Virus record (IMG/VR): IMGVR_UViG_2778261417_000010 | DNA length: 20,995 bases | Reading direction: 5' to 3' (one strand) | Source of the DNA: a virus | Taxonomy: Duplodnaviria; Heunggongvirae; Uroviricota; Caudoviricetes | Shown: piece by piece, positions 16,449-20,995 of the stretch | Numbering within the stretch: position 1 is the first letter of the stretch | How the letters are laid out: every line of letters starts with the position of its first letter | Position numbers and translations under genes: made by a program | The notes under the pieces: generated by a model | What the model was told of the DNA's origin: nothing | The model's database searches: none | What the model saw: the letters and a program-made list of their open reading frames with translations, nothing else

Positions 16449-16878
16449 TGCCGTCACGGTGCTGAAAACCAGTCCCGAGATGCTGCGGATATTCGTGGAT
16501 AACGGGAGTATTGCCTCCACACTGGCGACGTCGCTGTCATTTGAAAAGCGTTACACGCTCAATGTCATTGTGACCGACTTTACCGGTGATTTTGACCTGC
16601 TCATCGTGCCGGTGCTGGCGTGGCTGCGGGAAAATCAGCCCGACATCATGACCACCGACGAAGGCCAGAAAAAGGGCTTCACGTTTTATGCAGACATCAA
16701 CAATGACAGCAGCTTTGATATCAGCATCAGCCTGATGCTGACCGAGCGCACGCTGGTCAGTGAGGTGGACGGCGCGCTGCATGTGAAGAATATCCCGGAA
16801 CCCACGCCGCCGGAGCCGGTCACCCGCCCGGTGGAGCTTTATATCAATGGCGAACTGGTGAGCAAGTGGGATGAATGA
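16411..16878 (+). CDS. R: tail completion protein R
   Basis: 155-aa ORF; length and position match P2 gpR. Confidence 0.9.
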   Translation: MLKPDSLRRALTDAVTVLKTSPEMLRIFVDNGSIASTLATSLSFEKRYTLNVIVTDFTGDFDLLIVPVLAWLRENQPDIMTTDEGQKKGFTFYADINNDSSFDISISLMLTERTLVSEVDGALHVKNIPEPTPPEPVTRPVELYINGELVSKWDE

Positions 16879-17323
16879 GTTTAAGCGTTTTGAAGACCGG
16901 CTGGCCGGACTGATTGAATCGCTGTCACCGTCAGGGCGTCGGCGACTGAGTGCCGAACTGGCGAAACGCCTGCGGCAGAGTCAGCAGCGTCGGGTGATGG
17001 CACAGAAAGCCCCGGACGGCACACCCTACGTGCCACGCCAGCAGCAGAGCGCCAGAAAAAAGACCGGTCGCGTTAAGCGAAAAATGTTTGCGAAACTTAT
17101 CACCAGTCGTTTTTTGCATATCCGCGCCAGCCCGGAACAGGCATCAATGGAGTTTTACGGCGGGAAGTCACCGAAAATCGCCAGCGTGCATCAGTTCGGT
17201 CTGTCGGAAGAAAACCGGAAAGACGGTAAGAAAATTGATTATCCGGCGCGTCCTCTGCTCGGCTTTACCGGTGAGGATGTGCAGATGATTGAAGAGATTA
17301 TCCTGGCTCACCTCGACCGTTAG
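16871..17323 (+). CDS. S: tail completion protein S
   Basis: 150-aa ORF overlapping R by 8 nt; matches P2 gpS length and position. Confidence 0.9.
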   Translation: MNEFKRFEDRLAGLIESLSPSGRRRLSAELAKRLRQSQQRRVMAQKAPDGTPYVPRQQQSARKKTGRVKRKMFAKLITSRFLHIRASPEQASMEFYGGKSPKIASVHQFGLSEENRKDGKKIDYPARPLLGFTGEDVQMIEEIILAHLDR

Positions 17324-17355
17324 TTGTGCCATTCCCGACACCTCATCGTCACATT

Positions 17356-17377
17356 GCCGCCGGTATGACCCGGCGGC
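17356..17377 (+). other. GC-rich hairpin in the S-V intergenic region (late-operon boundary)
   Basis: GCCGCCGG (17356-17363) / loop TATGAC / CCGGCGGC (17370-17377), followed by ATCCTTCCCGTT, not a clean U-tract. In P2, V begins a separate late operon. Confidence 0.35.
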
Positions 17378-17389
17378 ATCCTTCCCGTT

Positions 17390-18025
17390 ATGAACACTCT
17401 CGCAAATATCCAGGAACTCGCGCGCGCACTGCGCAACATGATTCGCACCGGCCTTGTCGTCGAAACCGACCTTAACGCCGGTCGTTGCCGAGTGCAGACC
17501 GGCGGCATGTGCACTGACTGGCTTCAGTGGCTGACCTGTCGTGCCGGGCGTTCGCGCACATGGTGGGCACCTTCCGTGGGGGAGCAGGTGCTGATTCTGG
17601 CCGTGGGCGGCGAACTCGACACGGCGTTCGTTCTGCCGGGGATTTATTCCGGCGATAACCCCGCGCCGTCTGCGTCGGCGGATGCCCTGCATATCCGTTT
17701 CCCTGACGGGGCGGTGATTGAATATGAACCCGAAACCAGTGCACTCATGGTAAGCGGAATTAAAACGGCCAGCGTGACGGCTTCAGATTCTGTTACTGCC
17801 ACGGTGCCGGTGGTCATGGTGAAAGCATCAACCCGCGTCACCCTGGACACACCGGAGGTGGTCTGCACTAACAAGCTGATTACCGGCACGCTGGAAGTGC
17901 AGAAGGGCGGGACGATGCGCGGCAACATTGAACATACCGGCGGTGAACTCTCATCAAACGGTAAGGTACTGCATACCCATAAACACCCCGGCGACAGCGG
18001 CGGCACAACCGGGGGACCTCTATGA
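17390..18025 (+). CDS. V: baseplate spike / assembly protein V
   Basis: 211-aa ORF (MNTLANIQELARALRNMIRTG...); length and N-terminus match P2 gpV as recalled. Confidence 0.9.
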   Translation: MNTLANIQELARALRNMIRTGLVVETDLNAGRCRVQTGGMCTDWLQWLTCRAGRSRTWWAPSVGEQVLILAVGGELDTAFVLPGIYSGDNPAPSASADALHIRFPDGAVIEYEPETSALMVSGIKTASVTASDSVTATVPVVMVKASTRVTLDTPEVVCTNKLITGTLEVQKGGTMRGNIEHTGGELSSNGKVLHTHKHPGDSGGTTGGPL

Positions 18026-18369
18026 CAGCGCGTTATCTCGGAATGAATCGCAGTGATGGCCTGACTGTCACTGACCTTGAGCATATCAGCCAGAGTATCG
18101 GCGATATCCTGCGCACACCGGTCGGCTCACGGGTGATGCGTCGTGATTACGGCTCGTTGCTGGCATCAATGATTGACCAGCCGCAGACCCCGGCGCTTGA
18201 GTTGCAGATTAAGGTCGCCTGTTACATGGCGGTGCTGAAATGGGAACCCCGCGTCACCCTGTCATCCGTCACCACTGAGCGCAGTTTTGACGGGCGAATG
18301 ACAGTTACGTTAACCGGCCAGCACAACGACACCGGCCAGCCACTTTCGTTAACCATCCCTGTGAGTTGA
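18022..18369 (+). CDS. W: baseplate wedge protein W
   Basis: 115-aa ORF, ATGA overlap with V; matches P2 gpW length. Confidence 0.9.
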   Translation: MTARYLGMNRSDGLTVTDLEHISQSIGDILRTPVGSRVMRRDYGSLLASMIDQPQTPALELQIKVACYMAVLKWEPRVTLSSVTTERSFDGRMTVTLTGQHNDTGQPLSLTIPVS

Positions 18370-18373
18370 AACC

Positions 18374-19282
18374 ATGCCGATTATCGACCTGAACCAGCTA
18401 CCCGCACCGGATGTGGTTGAGGAGCTGGACTTTGAAACCATTCTTGCTGAACGCAAGGCGACACTGATTTCCCTTTACCCGGAAGACCAGCAGGAGGCGG
18501 TCGCCCGTACCCTGACGCTGGAATCCGAACCTCTCGTCAAACTGCTGGAGGAAAATGCTTATCGTGAGCTTATCTGGCGTCAGCGTGTGAATGAGGCCGC
18601 ACGGGCGGTGATGCTGGCCTGTGCCGCCGGTAATGACCTTGATGTGATTGGTGCCAATTACAACACCACGCGCCTGACTATCACCCCGGCAGATGATTCG
18701 ACCCTCCCGCCGACACCGGCAGTGATGGAGTCTGACACCGATTATCGTCTGCGTATTCAGCAGGCGTTTGAGGGTTTAAGCGTCGCCGGGTCGGTGGGTG
18801 CCTATCAGTATCATGGTCGCAGTGCCGACGGGCGTGTCGCGGATATCTCTGTCACCAGTCCGTCTCCGGCCTGCGTCACTATCTCTGTGCTGTCCCGCGA
18901 AAATAACGGTGTCGCATCCGAAGACCTGCTGGCTGTGGTACGTAACGCCCTTAATGGCGAGGACGTCAGGCCGGTGGCCGACCGCGTGACCGTGCAGTCT
19001 GCCGCCATTGTTGAATACCAGATAAACGCCACGCTTTACCTTTACCCTGGTCCCGAAAGCGAACCCATCCGCGCTGCCGCCGTGAAAAAGCTGGAAGCGT
19101 ACATCACAGCACAGCACCGGCTGGGGCGCGACATCCGTCTGTCTGCCATTTATGCCGCCTTGCATGTGGAAGGCGTGCAGCGTGTCGAACTGACTGCACC
19201 ACTGGCCGACATTGTGCTCAACAGTACGCAGGCGTCTTTCTGTACAGAATACCGCGTCGTGACCGGAGGCTCGGATGAGTGA
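18374..19282 (+). CDS. J: baseplate protein J
   Basis: 302-aa ORF; matches P2 gpJ length and position. Confidence 0.9.
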   Translation: MPIIDLNQLPAPDVVEELDFETILAERKATLISLYPEDQQEAVARTLTLESEPLVKLLEENAYRELIWRQRVNEAARAVMLACAAGNDLDVIGANYNTTRLTITPADDSTLPPTPAVMESDTDYRLRIQQAFEGLSVAGSVGAYQYHGRSADGRVADISVTSPSPACVTISVLSRENNGVASEDLLAVVRNALNGEDVRPVADRVTVQSAAIVEYQINATLYLYPGPESEPIRAAAVKKLEAYITAQHRLGRDIRLSAIYAALHVEGVQRVELTAPLADIVLNSTQASFCTEYRVVTGGSDE

Positions 19283-19886
19283 TTCGCGACTGCTGCCGAC
19301 TGGCTCATCACCGCTTGAAGTTGCCGCCGCAAAAGCCTGTGCGGAAATTGAAAAAACGCCGGTCAGTATTCGTGAGCTGTGGAACCCGGATACCTGCCCG
19401 GCAAATCTGCTGCCGTGGCTGGCGTGGTCATTTTCGGTTGACCGCTGGGATGATAATTGGCCGGAAGCGACAAAACGCGCTGTTATCCGCGATGCGTATT
19501 TCATTCACTGCCATAAGGGCACTATAGGCGCAATCCGGCGTGTGGTGGAGCCGCTCGGCTATCTGATTGAGGTGAGGGAGTGGTGGCAACTCAATGAGGA
19601 GCCGGGGACGTTCCGCATCGTTGTTGGCGTGCTTGAGCAGGGTATTACCGAGGAAATGTATCAGGAGCTGGAGCGCCTCGTTGCTGATGCAAAACCGGCG
19701 AGCCGCCATCTGACGGGACTGGCTATCAGTTTAAGTACAACCGGCAACATTTTTGCCGGTGCGGGATGCTATCACGGTGACGCCCTGACGGTTTATCCCT
19801 ACACCCCGGAGGCCATTATTGTCGGAGGGGATTATTTCCCGGCCTCGGCCATTCATTTAATTGATAACCTGAGAGTAAACGCATGA
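19275..19886 (+). CDS. I: baseplate protein I
   Basis: 203-aa ORF, GGAGG 5 nt upstream, overlaps the J stop. Longer than the ~176 aa I recall for P2 gpI, so the start or length may differ. Confidence 0.8.
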   Translation: MSDSRLLPTGSSPLEVAAAKACAEIEKTPVSIRELWNPDTCPANLLPWLAWSFSVDRWDDNWPEATKRAVIRDAYFIHCHKGTIGAIRRVVEPLGYLIEVREWWQLNEEPGTFRIVVGVLEQGITEEMYQELERLVADAKPASRHLTGLAISLSTTGNIFAGAGCYHGDALTVYPYTPEAIIVGGDYFPASAIHLIDNLRVNA

Positions 19887-20995
19887 CAGTGAAATACTAC
19901 GCCATTCTGACTAATCAGGGCGCAGCACGGCTGGCTAACGCGACGATGCTCGGCAGTAAGCTGAATCTGACGCAAATGGCCGTTGGTGATGCGAATGGTG
20001 TCTTGCCGACCCCAGACCCGGCACAGACAAAACTGATTAACCAGAAACGCATCGCGCCGCTGAATCTTCTGAGTGTTGACCCGAACAACCAGAGCCAGAT
20101 TATTGCGGAGCAAATCATCCCTGAGAACGAGGGCGGATTCTGGATCCGTGAGATTGGGCTTTATGATGATGAAGGCGTACTCATTGCGGTGGCGAACTGC
20201 CCGGAAACGTACAAACCGCAGTTGCAGGAAGGCAGTGGTCGTACCCAGACTATCCGCATGATTCTGGTTGTCACGAATACCGAAGCCATCACGCTGAAAA
20301 TCGACCCGTCGGTGGTACTGGCGACCCGTAAATACGTGGATGATGAAGTCCTGGAATTAAAGCTGTATGTGGATGACCAGATGAGAAACCACATTGCCGC
20401 ACAGGATCCTCATACCCAGTATGCGCAGAAACATAATCCGACATTTACCGGAGAACCAAAAGCGCCGACGCCTGCCGCAGGAAATAACACCACGCGGATT
20501 GCGACCACTGCGTTTGTTCAGGCCGCTATTACCGCTCTGATTAACGGTGCGCCAGCCACACTGGACACACTGAAAGAAATTGCCGCGGCCATTAACAATG
20601 ACCCGAAATTCAGCACCACCATTAACAATGCGCTGTCAGGTAAGCAGCCACTGGATGAGACGCTGACTAATTTGAGTGGAAAGGATGTAGCTGGTCTTCT
20701 CACATACCTTGGTTTGGGAGAAGGTTCGGCATTACCTGTTGGTGTACCTGTTCCATGGCCTTCAGCCACTCCGCCGACAGGCTGGCTGAAATGCAACGGT
20801 GCAGCTTTTTCTGCTGAAGAATACCCGGAACTGGCAAAGGCTTATCCGACAAATAAATTGCCTGATTTACGTGGTGAGTTTATGCGTGGCTGGGATGATG
20901 GAAGAGGCGTTGATAGTGACAGGGGGATTCTCACTGCGCAATCTCATGGTATGCCGTCTATTTCAGGAACGTTTAATGGTCTTTTTGCTGTTAAA
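19883..20995 (+). CDS. H: tail fibre protein H (5' part; truncated by window end)
   Basis: ATG 19883 overlaps the I stop (ATGA). Frame is open to the window end (371 codons, no stop; checked by reading). Contains the conserved tail-fibre motif GWLKCNGAAFSAEEYPELAKAYP. Confidence 0.85.
   Translation, partial: MTVKYYAILTNQGAARLANATMLGSKLNLTQMAVGDANGVLPTPDPAQTKLINQKRIAPLNLLSVDPNNQSQIIAEQIIPENEGGFWIREIGLYDDEGVLIAVANCPETYKPQLQEGSGRTQTIRMILVVTNTEAITLKIDPSVVLATRKYVDDEVLELKLYVDDQMRNHIAAQDPHTQYAQKHNPTFTGEPKAPTPAAGNNTTRIATTAFVQAAITALINGAPATLDTLKEIAAAINNDPKFSTTINNALSGKQPLDETLTNLSGKDVAGLLTYLGLGEGSALPVGVPVPWPSATPPTGWLKCNGAAFSAEEYPELAKAYPTNKLPDLRGEFMRGWDDGRGVDSDRGILTAQSHGMPSISGTFNGLFAVK

Larger units (their letters stand above)
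478..20995. mobile_element. P2-like prophage, left part (int through tail fibre H); continues beyond window end
   Basis: Complete P2 synteny int-C-cox-B-A-[cargo]-cos-Q-P-O-N-M-L-X-Y-K-lysA-lysB-lysC-R-S-V-W-J-I-H, with P2-like protein lengths and recognisable sequences. Left boundary is the att core at 478-504. Confidence 0.9.

Noticed and set aside
18776-19504. 242-aa minus-strand ORF overlapping J and I
   Set aside because: Antisense to two syntenic baseplate genes with good coupling signals; no RBS.
1-20995. CRISPR arrays, rRNA or tRNA genes, insertion sequences
   Set aside because: No regularly spaced direct repeats, no rRNA- or tRNA-like structures and no transposase-like ORFs seen anywhere in the window.

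Overview
This window is the left ~20.5 kb of an integrated P2-like (Peduovirus-type) prophage from an enterobacterium, preceded by ~480 bp of AT-rich host flank carrying a small lipoprotein gene. Gene order, protein lengths and many protein sequences match phage P2 as I remember it; no search was run. Order: host flank | att core | int, C (minus) | Pe/Pc switch | cox, orf78-like, B, orf80-83-like, A (plus) | short AT-rich cargo island | cos | Q, P (minus) | O N M L X Y K lysA lysB lysC R S | V W J I H (plus, H truncated by the window end). Every core gene reads as an intact frame, most with ATGA/TAATG coupled stop-start overlaps, so the prophage looks packaging- and lysis-competent. The most interesting region is the ~1.5 kb island between replication gene A and cos (6427-7950), where P2 carries tin/old. 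Here it holds a different, AT-rich cargo: a 145-aa GNAT-like acetyltransferase, a convergent 143-aa protein with a glycine-zipper-like hydrophobic C-terminus, and a possible 43-aa ORF. I could not assign this module to any described system and flag it as a candidate undescribed defence or toxin module. Several ORF-track starts use TTG/GTG and were moved to internal ATGs with better Shine-Dalgarno spacing. No rRNA, tRNA or CRISPR array is visible.
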